Positions 55,443 to 62,963 of a DNA stretch of 64,000 nucleotides are shown here, piece after piece. Numbering within the stretch: position 1 is the stretch's first letter; each line of letters opens with the position of its first letter. The notes below the pieces were generated by a model that worked only from the letters and a program-made list of their open reading frames with translations, searched no databases and was not told the origin of the DNA. The position numbers and the translations under genes were made by a program. The stretch comes from Sulfurimonadaceae bacterium (GTDB lineage: Bacteria > Campylobacterota > Campylobacteria > Campylobacterales > Sulfurimonadaceae), in assembly GCA_050305515.1 (NCBI GenBank), contig JBNLFL010000016.1:17496-81495 (forward strand), written 5' to 3'.

Positions 55443-56402
55443 ATGTATAATTCATTGATTGACAAAGAGTTTCAAAGAATTATCTTAAATAATACTGCCA
55501 TGTGGTTAAATATGTTGGATAATGACGCTAACGTAGTTATGTGGAATAAAGCTGCAGAGAAGATAAGTGGCTATAGCAAAGAAGAGGTACTTGGCCATAA
55601 TAAAATATGGGAGTTACTTTATCCAGATGAAGATTATCGTACTTCTATTTACAATAAAGCACTTGAAATTATTGATAGTGGAGAAGAAATTATAGATTTT
55701 GAAACAACTATAATTTCTAAAGATGGTACTAAGAAAATTTTATCTTGGAACACACATCAGATGGTGGATAAAGATAAAAATATTATTGGTTCTCTTGCTA
55801 TAGCAAGAGACATTACAAAAATAAAAGCTCATGAAAAAAACCTCCAATTATTGACACTTGAATTAGAAAAATCAAATGAAAAACTACTTGAATTAAGTTA
55901 TGTTGATCCACTAACAAACATACCAAATAGAAGAGCTTATGACGAAAGATACGCACATGAGTTACAAGCCACAAAAAGATCAGGAAAAGAGTTCTCTTTT
56001 TTATTAATTGATATTGATCATTTCAAAGAATATAATGATATATATGGACATGAAAATGGTGATGTTATTTTATTTAGAGTCTCTAATCAAATAAAAAATG
56101 TATTACCAAGAAAAACTGATTTTATTGCGCGTTATGGCGGTGAAGAAATAGTAGTAATACTCTCTTATACACCTCTAAAGGAAGCACAAATTATTGCAAA
56201 AAAAATTCTTCAATCTATACGTGACTTAAATATTGAACACTCATATTCAAAGTTTGATCGATTGTTAACTGTTAGTATAGGGGTTACTTCTACAAAAATC
56301 TCTATTGAAAATGTAATGGACGATGCAGATCAAGCACTTTATAAAGCCAAGAATAATGGGCGTAATAGGTTTGAAGTCTACTCTGATGAACCTTGTTTAT
56401 AA
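55443..56402 (+). CDS. PAS + GGDEF diguanylate cyclase (active-site GGEEI with RxxD I-site)
   Basis: PAS domain (NVVMWNKAAEKISGYSKEEVLG). GGDEF domain with RKTDFIARYGGEEIVVIL. Codon usage is markedly AT-rich compared with the flanking genes. Confidence 0.85.
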   Translation: MYNSLIDKEFQRIILNNTAMWLNMLDNDANVVMWNKAAEKISGYSKEEVLGHNKIWELLYPDEDYRTSIYNKALEIIDSGEEIIDFETTIISKDGTKKILSWNTHQMVDKDKNIIGSLAIARDITKIKAHEKNLQLLTLELEKSNEKLLELSYVDPLTNIPNRRAYDERYAHELQATKRSGKEFSFLLIDIDHFKEYNDIYGHENGDVILFRVSNQIKNVLPRKTDFIARYGGEEIVVILSYTPLKEAQIIAKKILQSIRDLNIEHSYSKFDRLLTVSIGVTSTKISIENVMDDADQALYKAKNNGRNRFEVYSDEPCL

Positions 56403-56577
56403 AGTTCCAATCTTCGACAGGCAAAGGCTTAGAGTTGATAAATCATTTCCGTTTCAATGCTAAAGGTAAAAACTTGTATTTTCTATAGCTACCTTATTTT
56501 GGGATTTTTTCTCGCTTTACAATAAGGGTTTGATCTGCTTTAGGGCAGGCTTTTAGGCACCTTTTTAGTGTAACTGA

Positions 56578-57333
56578 TTACATAATACTAGATGCTCTTA
56601 CTGTTAAAAGGAACTCTTTTTCTTTAGACCATGGATTTGATTTAGTATTTTCTAGTTCAATTATAAATTCTTTTTTGTTTGGATGATAAAGATGCCCAAG
56701 CCCATGCAAGCCATATGATTCAAATCTAGCATCTCCGCTATAAATCATCTTTTTATAGTGTTCTAGACAAATTCCAAGTAGTTGTTTATGTTTATCGGGT
56801 CGATTATCAAACCACTTTTTCACTTTATCTTCATTGTATTCAACATAACCAGGCTCATCATCGCTTTTCAATTCTTTCCAAAAACGATCTTCGTCATTTA
56901 CTTGATATGAATTTACCGAATCTGAAACACTTTCGCAAAACATATCAAATCCATTTGGCATCATATAAATCGGATTTTCAAAAACATTTTGCCACAGCAT
57001 TTGAAAGAAAGAGTCTATTAGCTCTTTTATCAATTCAACATCATCGAACTTATTAATCACAAAATTTATGCTTTCTGGTCCTGATTGTACAAACCATATA
57101 TAGACATCAAGAATATCTAAATCTTCATCTTTAGCTATCTGCCTATTTAATTCTATAAGATTTCTTGCATACTTCTCACAACGAGCACATTGGATCATAG
57201 GTGCTTCATCAGCATAATACCAATTATCATCTTTTCTGAATAACAGTTCTTGTAGTTGGGACAGATTCAAATCATCTAAGTCAATAATATCAATGTGTTC
57301 ATGATCTATTTCGTCATTCATATCATTTCTCAA
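56578..57333 (-). CDS. Hypothetical acidic protein (251 aa), partner of the HEPN-motif gene
   Basis: AT-rich ORF 44 nt downstream of the 393-aa gene on the same strand. No recognisable domain. Very acidic N-terminus (DEIDHEHIDIIDLDDL). Confidence 0.55.
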   Translation of the reverse strand: MRNDMNDEIDHEHIDIIDLDDLNLSQLQELLFRKDDNWYYADEAPMIQCARCEKYARNLIELNRQIAKDEDLDILDVYIWFVQSGPESINFVINKFDDVELIKELIDSFFQMLWQNVFENPIYMMPNGFDMFCESVSDSVNSYQVNDEDRFWKELKSDDEPGYVEYNEDKVKKWFDNRPDKHKQLLGICLEHYKKMIYSGDARFESYGLHGLGHLYHPNKKEFIIELENTKSNPWSKEKEFLLTVRASSIM

Positions 57334-57377
57334 TTATTAAATTTTGATCTTTACATGTAATCCCAAAAGCACCATCT

Positions 57378-58559
57378 CTACTTTGCCAGATCTTGAAAAA
57401 CGCAAAGTGGAAACTCGTATCTTTTTTGATTATCTTCCTGATCTGACGGTGTATGGTAAAAGAGTTGCTCCAAGACAAGAAAGCCAATAATTGATGACTT
57501 AAGTGAAAACTCACTCGTATTCGCCACGCCGTGACCTACTGAGTTTCGTGAGATTTCAGCAGGTTCTCCGGGGGCAAAGTTTGCAAAATAGATTTTATTC
57601 AAATAGTCGCTAAACTTTGCTGGTAAGATTCTTGAATAACGCTCTTTTTGAATTTTCGACATTTTCATTGGCGCATTTGCTAAATTTTTTTGACTATATT
57701 GCGTACTGTTTATGAATTGATTCACACTTCTTAGAACCCCTTCAATACGGGGGTAAAGAATAGAAGTTGAACTAATATAATCTTTCTCTATAAATCTTTC
57801 TGCGGCACGCTCAAGGAGATCAATGTGCTCACCAAAAATATGAGAGTTACGCCATTTTTCAAGGAATTCAGGTAAAGATTTTTCAACTTCAGTAGCTATG
57901 TCAGTTAATAGCTCATCGCAATCCCAATCGGCTTTGACATAATTGAGTAGTGAAGTAATGGTTTTCTTTTTTAAGCCGATGAATGGAAACCATTTCTTTT
58001 CAAATAGTTTATCCCATTCGTCATCGCTGATTTTATGTAAGTCTTGAAAAAACAAGTAATTGTAGAAGTGGCCCAAGTTTGCCCAAATATCATATTCAAT
58101 TTTATATTCATTGTCGACTATTGATGTAAAATCAAAAAAGAAGCCTTTTCGCCATCCTTTCGATAGGATGACAAAGTATCCCACATCATTAGGTATTTCT
58201 GTGCCTTTGAACTCCAATGATACGATATCTGCAAAATCATCTTCAAAAACAGGGTCACCTTTTTTCATTGATTTTTTGATACGAGCTTTGGCAACAAGGT
58301 CTATTTCATTCAGATAAACATCACACTTACCATCTTTATGAAATATTGCAAGCATGTGGTCTAGCGTGGAACAGCGAATATTTTGATCTTTTGGCAGTAG
58401 ATTAATGACTTCTGTAGGAATGCCATCTAATCTACTTATAAATTCATCACCATCCTCATACGATGTAAATTCACGTGTGATAAGGGAAACATTTTCACCT
58501 GATCTGGCTTCGGTTGCAGTGTAGCCAGCAGGTGGGCGATCAAATTTTACAGTATACAA
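57378..58559 (-). CDS. Hypothetical protein with C-terminal HEPN-like (Rx4H) motif region, Abi-like
   Basis: 393 aa with a TTG start preceded by AGGAG. The C-terminal helical region contains ISRNSVGHGVA (R-x4-H, the HEPN nuclease signature). Its helices resemble abortive-infection C-terminal domains. The call rests on this motif alone. Confidence 0.55.
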   Translation of the reverse strand: MYTVKFDRPPAGYTATEARSGENVSLITREFTSYEDGDEFISRLDGIPTEVINLLPKDQNIRCSTLDHMLAIFHKDGKCDVYLNEIDLVAKARIKKSMKKGDPVFEDDFADIVSLEFKGTEIPNDVGYFVILSKGWRKGFFFDFTSIVDNEYKIEYDIWANLGHFYNYLFFQDLHKISDDEWDKLFEKKWFPFIGLKKKTITSLLNYVKADWDCDELLTDIATEVEKSLPEFLEKWRNSHIFGEHIDLLERAAERFIEKDYISSTSILYPRIEGVLRSVNQFINSTQYSQKNLANAPMKMSKIQKERYSRILPAKFSDYLNKIYFANFAPGEPAEISRNSVGHGVANTSEFSLKSSIIGFLVLEQLFYHTPSDQEDNQKRYEFPLCVFQDLAK

Positions 58560-58580
58560 TAGAGATGCTCCTGATTTGTA

Positions 58581-58621
58581 ACCTAACGGTGGTACGGGTT
58601 CAGCCCTTTGGGTTGTTAGAC
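58581..58621 (-). repeat. Short attC-like site candidate (41 bp), weakest of three
   Basis: Minus strand reads GTCTAAC-AACCC-AAAGGGC-TGA-ACCCGTA-CCACC-GTTAGGT. Both core boxes are canonical (RYYYAAC ... GTTRRRY), but the length is below that of known attC sites. Confidence 0.3.
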
Positions 58622-58622
58622 A

Positions 58623-58726
58623 AAAAGGGGACAGGCTACTTTAGCTAGTAAATGGGGACAAGCTACTTTTTCTTTACATGTAAAAGAGTTAGTGCTTAAT
58701 TTCAATAAAGTAGCCTGTCCCCTTTT
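58623..58726. repeat. 104-bp element bounded by 21-bp perfect inverted repeats (MITE-like or long-stem RNA structure)
   Basis: AAAAGGGGACAGGCTACTTTA at 58623-58643 is the exact reverse complement of 58706-58726. An imperfect internal copy lies at 58650-58670. A related copy, AAAAGTAGCCTCGTCACCTTTT, lies at 55312-55333 at the island edge. Confidence 0.7.
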
Positions 58727-59114
58727 CCTTAGGTGCGTTAATAATACTAGATATTTTATTTATATAGAATAAGTTAATTAATAATGGTACTCCAAGTACC
58801 ATAAGTGCCTCAATATACCAACCACTAAATAAAGAAGGAATACCACTAGCCCAAGAAGGAAGGATAATTAATCCGATTGAGCTTATCCACTTAATATTTT
58901 TAATAGGCATAATGTTATTTTTTATAAAATGTATTAAAAACAATCCAGAAATTAAAAAAATAGGAACTGCCGCTAAAACTAAAGTAATAAAACTATTAAT
59001 TTTTATAACAATGCCTAGCATCCATAGCATTTCATATTTTTTTAAAATTTTTCCAGAAATAATTAACAGATCAATTGTCCAAGATGCTGTATAGCCAGCA
59101 AGCTCCTGCTGCAA
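58689..59114 (-). CDS. Hypothetical multi-pass membrane protein (start uncertain)
   Basis: AT-rich ORF with three or four hydrophobic helices. The track start is TTG. The first in-frame ATG is at 59030 (MLWMLGIV...). The last 7 codons lie inside the right arm of the 21-bp inverted repeat. Confidence 0.45.
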   Translation of the reverse strand: MQQELAGYTASWTIDLLIISGKILKKYEMLWMLGIVIKINSFITLVLAAVPIFLISGLFLIHFIKNNIMPIKNIKWISSIGLIILPSWASGIPSLFSGWYIEALMVLGVPLLINLFYINKISSIINAPKEKGTGYFIEIKH

Positions 59115-59163
59115 GTCCGACTAAAAATATAATAATTGATAAATATATTTTTTTCATTCCATT

Positions 59164-59232
59164 ACCTAACGTTTAAAATGAGCCGATGAATTGCCCGCAG
59201 GGTAATTCATCGGCTCCTCTGATTTGTTAGAT
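59164..59232 (-). repeat. attC-like structured repeat, copy 1 (69 bp)
   Basis: Minus strand reads ATCTAAC-AAATC-AGAGGAG-[CCGATGAATT ACCCTGCGGGC AATTCATCGG]-CTCATTT-TAAAC-GTTAGGT. This is the 7-5-7-variable stem-7-5-7 layout of integron attC sites. It starts 3 nt after the stop of the 59236..59535 ORF. Confidence 0.6.
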
Positions 59233-59235
59233 CTG

Positions 59236-59535
59236 CTATCCAGCAAGTAATACTCCTATTGTCATATAGATTAACAAAATAACTAGTGCAATACTTCCCG
59301 CAATACGAAAAGCTTTTTCGAGGTAAAAACTTTTTGCTCGCAAGTATCTGGAAGACAAGAATAGTAACAGGGTAGTAAGCCCCCAAGAACCATACCAAAT
59401 AGGCAACATAATAGGTTGCTGATTTGGAAGATTATAAACAATTCCAAAAATCAAAAATAGCCAGACTGCTGCTACAAAAGAAGCTCCGAGAATAACTCCC
59501 AAGATTATCTGGCTACTTGATTTTACAAGATTCAT
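59236..59535 (-). CDS. Hypothetical small membrane protein (~99 aa)
   Basis: Start set at ATG 59535 (MNLVKSSSQIILGVILG...), because the track start at 59574 would lie inside repeat copy 2. Three hydrophobic helices. Confidence 0.5.
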   Translation of the reverse strand: MNLVKSSSQIILGVILGASFVAAVWLFLIFGIVYNLPNQQPIMLPIWYGSWGLTTLLLFLSSRYLRAKSFYLEKAFRIAGSIALVILLIYMTIGVLLAG

Positions 59536-59552
59536 TGTTTGTTCAATCCTTG

Positions 59553-59624
59553 AGCTAACGTTTAAAATGAGCAATCAAAAAGCCGCCCGCGGGTTTTTGA
59601 TTGCTCTCCTTTGATTTGTTAAAA
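59553..59624 (-). repeat. attC-like structured repeat, copy 2 (72 bp)
   Basis: Its arms match copy 1 (CTAACGTTTAAAATGAGC ... GCTC.CCT.TGATTTGTTA on the plus strand). The central 9 stem positions differ from copy 1 and remain perfectly complementary (AATCAAAAA/TTTTTGATT versus CGATGAATT/AATTCATCG). It starts 3 nt after the stop of the 106-aa ORF. Confidence 0.6.
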
Positions 59625-59627
59625 GTA

Positions 59628-59948
59628 TCATCTAATACTATTGACAGCTTCTTGCATAGCCTTACGTTTTTTATCAACTAAGTCTTGTCCCATTGCTTGT
59701 AATTTATGATTCTTGTGGAACAATAAATAAAGCAATTTTTCCATTGAACTTTCAGACATTTTAAAAACTTCATTTGCACGAGGACCGTAATCACGTTTAT
59801 AAAAGACATCATTAATTTGGATGGTTTCACCATATTCATCAATATGTTCTTTTCTTGCAGTTGATTCCCTCCAAGGAAAATAGTTATCTCCCATTTCCTT
59901 GAGATAGGAAAGATATATGTCAAATTCTTCAAAAGTAAGATAGTTCAT
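59628..59948 (-). CDS. Hypothetical soluble protein (106 aa)
   Basis: AT-rich ORF with GGAGCC upstream of the ATG. No recognisable family. Followed immediately by repeat copy 2. Confidence 0.5.
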   Translation of the reverse strand: MNYLTFEEFDIYLSYLKEMGDNYFPWRESTARKEHIDEYGETIQINDVFYKRDYGPRANEVFKMSESSMEKLLYLLFHKNHKLQAMGQDLVDKKRKAMQEAVNSIR

Positions 59949-60111
59949 AAAGGCTCCAATGTCTTTTAACTATTTATTCAACAAACATTATATAAAAAAC
60001 AGCCAGATAGTGCCAAATAAACAAACACAAAAAATGTTGGTATAAATGATAAAACCATTGCAAAATGCACTATCTTGACTCTTTTGAGCCTTACATGTAA
60101 GGGTCTATTTC

Positions 60112-60912
60112 CTACATCACCCCAACAACCATCTTGACACTCAGTGCCAGGGCCAAAACGCCAAAGATTTTTTTCAGAGTTCCCACGGGCAGTGTGGTGG
60201 CGTATTTAACGCCCAGCGGTGCGGTGAGGGTGCTGCCAATGGCTACCAACAACACGGCAGGCAGGTACACATAGCCTACAACCCAGTGCGTAGGGTCGGT
60301 ATGGCTCCAGCCGTTTATAAGGTAGCCCAGTGTGCCTGAAATTGCAATAGGAAAGCCAATAGCCGCCGAGGTGCCAATGGCGCGGGATATAGGGATGTTC
60401 TGATGCATCAGATAGGGCACGCTCAGTGATCCGCCGCCAATGGAAACCAGTGCGGAGATGGCGCCAATGAAGACGCCGCTTAGGATCTTTCCTGCGGTAG
60501 CGTGGGGCTTTGTATTGTGCGGGTAATCGCGTTTAAAAAACATACTAAGCGCCACCCATCCCATAAACAGGGCAAAAAAGAGTGCCAGATAGATGCCTTT
60601 AAGATACGACGCTACAAAGGTCGCCACAAAGGTGCCTGCCAGAACGCCCATAGCGATTTTTACGGCCAGATCGGTCTGGATGTTGTGTTTGCGGTAATGC
60701 GCCCGCATGCTGGCAAACGAGGTAAAGATAATCGTCGCCATCGAGGTGCCCAGCGAAAGGTGCATAATGCTCTCGTTTGCAAAGCCCTGCATGGCAAAAA
60801 GCATGGCAAATATGGGCACCATAATACCTCCGCCGCCAATGCCCAGCAATCCGGCGGCAAAGCCCACAAAGAGCCCCAAAACAGCGTAAGCAACAATAAA
60901 AAGCGGCTCCAT
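60112..60912 (-). CDS. TauE/SafE-family anion (sulfite/sulfonate-type) exporter membrane protein
   Basis: 266 aa with about 8 TM helices and Gly-rich motifs (GLLGIGGGGIMVP, GGGSLSVP) typical of TauE/SafE. Its start lies 2 nt after the stop of the leuA-like gene. Confidence 0.85.
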   Translation of the reverse strand: MEPLFIVAYAVLGLFVGFAAGLLGIGGGGIMVPIFAMLFAMQGFANESIMHLSLGTSMATIIFTSFASMRAHYRKHNIQTDLAVKIAMGVLAGTFVATFVASYLKGIYLALFFALFMGWVALSMFFKRDYPHNTKPHATAGKILSGVFIGAISALVSIGGGSLSVPYLMHQNIPISRAIGTSAAIGFPIAISGTLGYLINGWSHTDPTHWVVGYVYLPAVLLVAIGSTLTAPLGVKYATTLPVGTLKKIFGVLALALSVKMVVGVM

Positions 60913-60914
60913 TC

Positions 60915-62963
60915 TTACTCCTTGATCGCTTTGAGTCTTAAGCGCACATAATCAATATGCCATCCGTTTTTTGGGCTGTAAAGCGTTGGTTTGCATATTC
61001 TGCGAACCTCCTCTTTAAACACGCCAAACTCTGTGGGGCTTAAATGTGCCGTGACGCCGTTGGCAAAAAGATCAAGCCAGTGGCTAATGTCATCCACCGG
61101 GGTGGGGCGTTTGATCAACTCTATGTATTCTACTCTAAATCCCTGCGACTCCAAAAGTTTTTGGTAGTGCGCAACACTGGGAAAAAACCACGGGTTTTCA
61201 AACGCTCCAAACTCGGGATGTTCCTTAAAGGCCTGAGCCATGGCATCTACAGCGGTTTTGGCATTGCCCTCGCCGCCAAACTCCGCCACAAAGCGGCCCC
61301 CGGGTTTAAGCACGTTATAAATGTTTTTCACCACGCTATCGCTCTCTTTAATCCAGTGCAATACGGCGTTGGAAAAGAGCGCGTCAAAATGGTTTTCAAA
61401 AGGCATGTTTGTGGCATTCATCACGTGTGCATCCAGCCCTTTAGCCCGTGCGCTCGCAACCATCTCTGCGCTGGCATCCACCGCTGTAACCTTAGCGCCC
61501 GATGTCTGAATCTCCAGCGCAAGCCGTCCTTCGCCGCAGCCCAAATCCAAAATCTGCTCGCCTGCTTTGGGCGCAAGCAGATCCACCACGCTCAAGGCCA
61601 ACTCCGAGACAAACGCGGCATGTTTGTTGTAGGCATCGGCATTCCAGCGGTTTTCATTGCGCTGCATCATGCCCTCATAAATACCCAACACCTCCTCACT
61701 GCCAATCTCTTTGCCGCGTGTTTCGCTGATGAGTTTGACTTTAGCGGCCAATTCGGCCTGCATCTCCAAAGGTGTGTCGATGCCGTATATCTCTTTAAGC
61801 ACATACGCCACACCCCCTTTGCCCGATTGCGAGTTGATGCGCACCGTATCTTGGTAGCGGCGTTTAATATCGCGCGGATCAATGGCAAGATAGGGCACAC
61901 TCCATACCGAAGATTCGCTGTTTCGGTAATGCTCAATCCCTTTTTTAATCGCGTCTTGATGCGTTCCCGAAAAGGCGGTATAGATCATTGAGCCCACATA
62001 CGGATGCCGCTCACCAACACTCATGCCGGTAATGGCGGTAATACGCTTTAAAATCTCATCAATCCGTTCTACATGTAAGCGCGGATCAATCCCTTGCGCA
62101 TAGTAGTTAAAGGCCAAAGTTACCAAATCCACATTGCCTGCGCGCTCGCCATTGCCAAGCATGGTGCCTTCAACACGTTCGGCTCCTGCCAATACCGCCA
62201 TTTCGGCACTGGCCACGGCGCAGCCGCGATCGTTATGCGGATGCACGCTTATAATGACGCTTTCACGGTTGCGTATGTGCGTGCTCATCCACTCGATTCT
62301 ATCGGCATAAATATTGGGCGAACAGGCTTCAAGGGTGTTGGGCAAGTTCAAAATCATCGGTGCATCTGGCGTGGGGTTGTAGGCCGCAATAACGGCATTG
62401 GAAACCTCAAGCGCGTATTCCAATTCGGTCTGCGAAAAGCTCTCGGGCGAATACTCAAACACCACCGCTCCCTCAAAACGTGCCGCTTCGCGTTTCATAA
62501 TACGCACCCCTTCAAGTGCCAAGTCAATAATGGCCTCTTTGGAGCGCTTAAAAACCACCTCGCGCTGGTTGGCGGCAGTAGGATTGTACAGATGCATTGT
62601 AATGCGTCTGGCGCCTTTAAGTGCTTCGAAACTGCGCACAATATGCTTTTGTATCGAAGGGGTCAAGATGCCAACGGTAACATCATCGGGAATCAAACCC
62701 TCTTCAATCAAGCGGCGGCAAAAATCAAACTCGGTTTGCGAAGCGCTAGGGTAGGCAATCTCAATCTCTTTCAAACCAAAATCGACAAGCGCTTTGAAAT
62801 AGGCAATTTTTTGCGCAATTCCCATAGGGTTTGCAAGGGCCTGATTGCCATCTCGCAAATCGGTACTCACCCACGTTGGGGCAACAGTGGCACTTTTATT
62901 TGGCCATATTCTTTGGTGCAATGCAACCGTGGGATACGGCTGATATTTGACATGCGTCTGCAT
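60915..62963 (-). CDS. 2-isopropylmalate-synthase-like (long/type-2 LeuA catalytic region) fused to C-terminal class-I SAM-dependent methyltransferase
   Basis: N-terminal ~440 aa carry WVSTDLRDGNQAL, HLYNPT and HPHNDRGCAVA (HMGL-like TIM barrel of LeuA). The C-terminal ~240 aa carry ILDLGCGEGRLA...VDASAEMV...LKPGGRFV (methyltransferase motifs I to III). Start set at ATG 62963, preceded by TAAGGAAA. Confidence 0.8.
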   Translation of the reverse strand: MQTHVKYQPYPTVALHQRIWPNKSATVAPTWVSTDLRDGNQALANPMGIAQKIAYFKALVDFGLKEIEIAYPSASQTEFDFCRRLIEEGLIPDDVTVGILTPSIQKHIVRSFEALKGARRITMHLYNPTAANQREVVFKRSKEAIIDLALEGVRIMKREAARFEGAVVFEYSPESFSQTELEYALEVSNAVIAAYNPTPDAPMILNLPNTLEACSPNIYADRIEWMSTHIRNRESVIISVHPHNDRGCAVASAEMAVLAGAERVEGTMLGNGERAGNVDLVTLAFNYYAQGIDPRLHVERIDEILKRITAITGMSVGERHPYVGSMIYTAFSGTHQDAIKKGIEHYRNSESSVWSVPYLAIDPRDIKRRYQDTVRINSQSGKGGVAYVLKEIYGIDTPLEMQAELAAKVKLISETRGKEIGSEEVLGIYEGMMQRNENRWNADAYNKHAAFVSELALSVVDLLAPKAGEQILDLGCGEGRLALEIQTSGAKVTAVDASAEMVASARAKGLDAHVMNATNMPFENHFDALFSNAVLHWIKESDSVVKNIYNVLKPGGRFVAEFGGEGNAKTAVDAMAQAFKEHPEFGAFENPWFFPSVAHYQKLLESQGFRVEYIELIKRPTPVDDISHWLDLFANGVTAHLSPTEFGVFKEEVRRICKPTLYSPKNGWHIDYVRLRLKAIKE

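Noticed and set aside
59071-59157. 28-codon ORF (MKKIYLSIIIFLVGLAAGACWLYSILDN) as the frameshifted N-terminus of the 141-aa membrane ORF
   Set aside because: The two frames differ by one nucleotide. A TAG in the downstream frame lies immediately upstream of the TTG start, and no simple homopolymer slip joins the two frames without hitting a stop. I cannot support a pseudogene or programmed-frameshift call, so the start of 58689..59114 stays uncertain.
59164-59624. The two structured repeats as a CRISPR array
   Set aside because: There are only two clear copies, about 390 bp apart, with a full ORF between them. The repeats are ~70 bp and internally palindromic, and no cas genes are present. 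None of this fits CRISPR.
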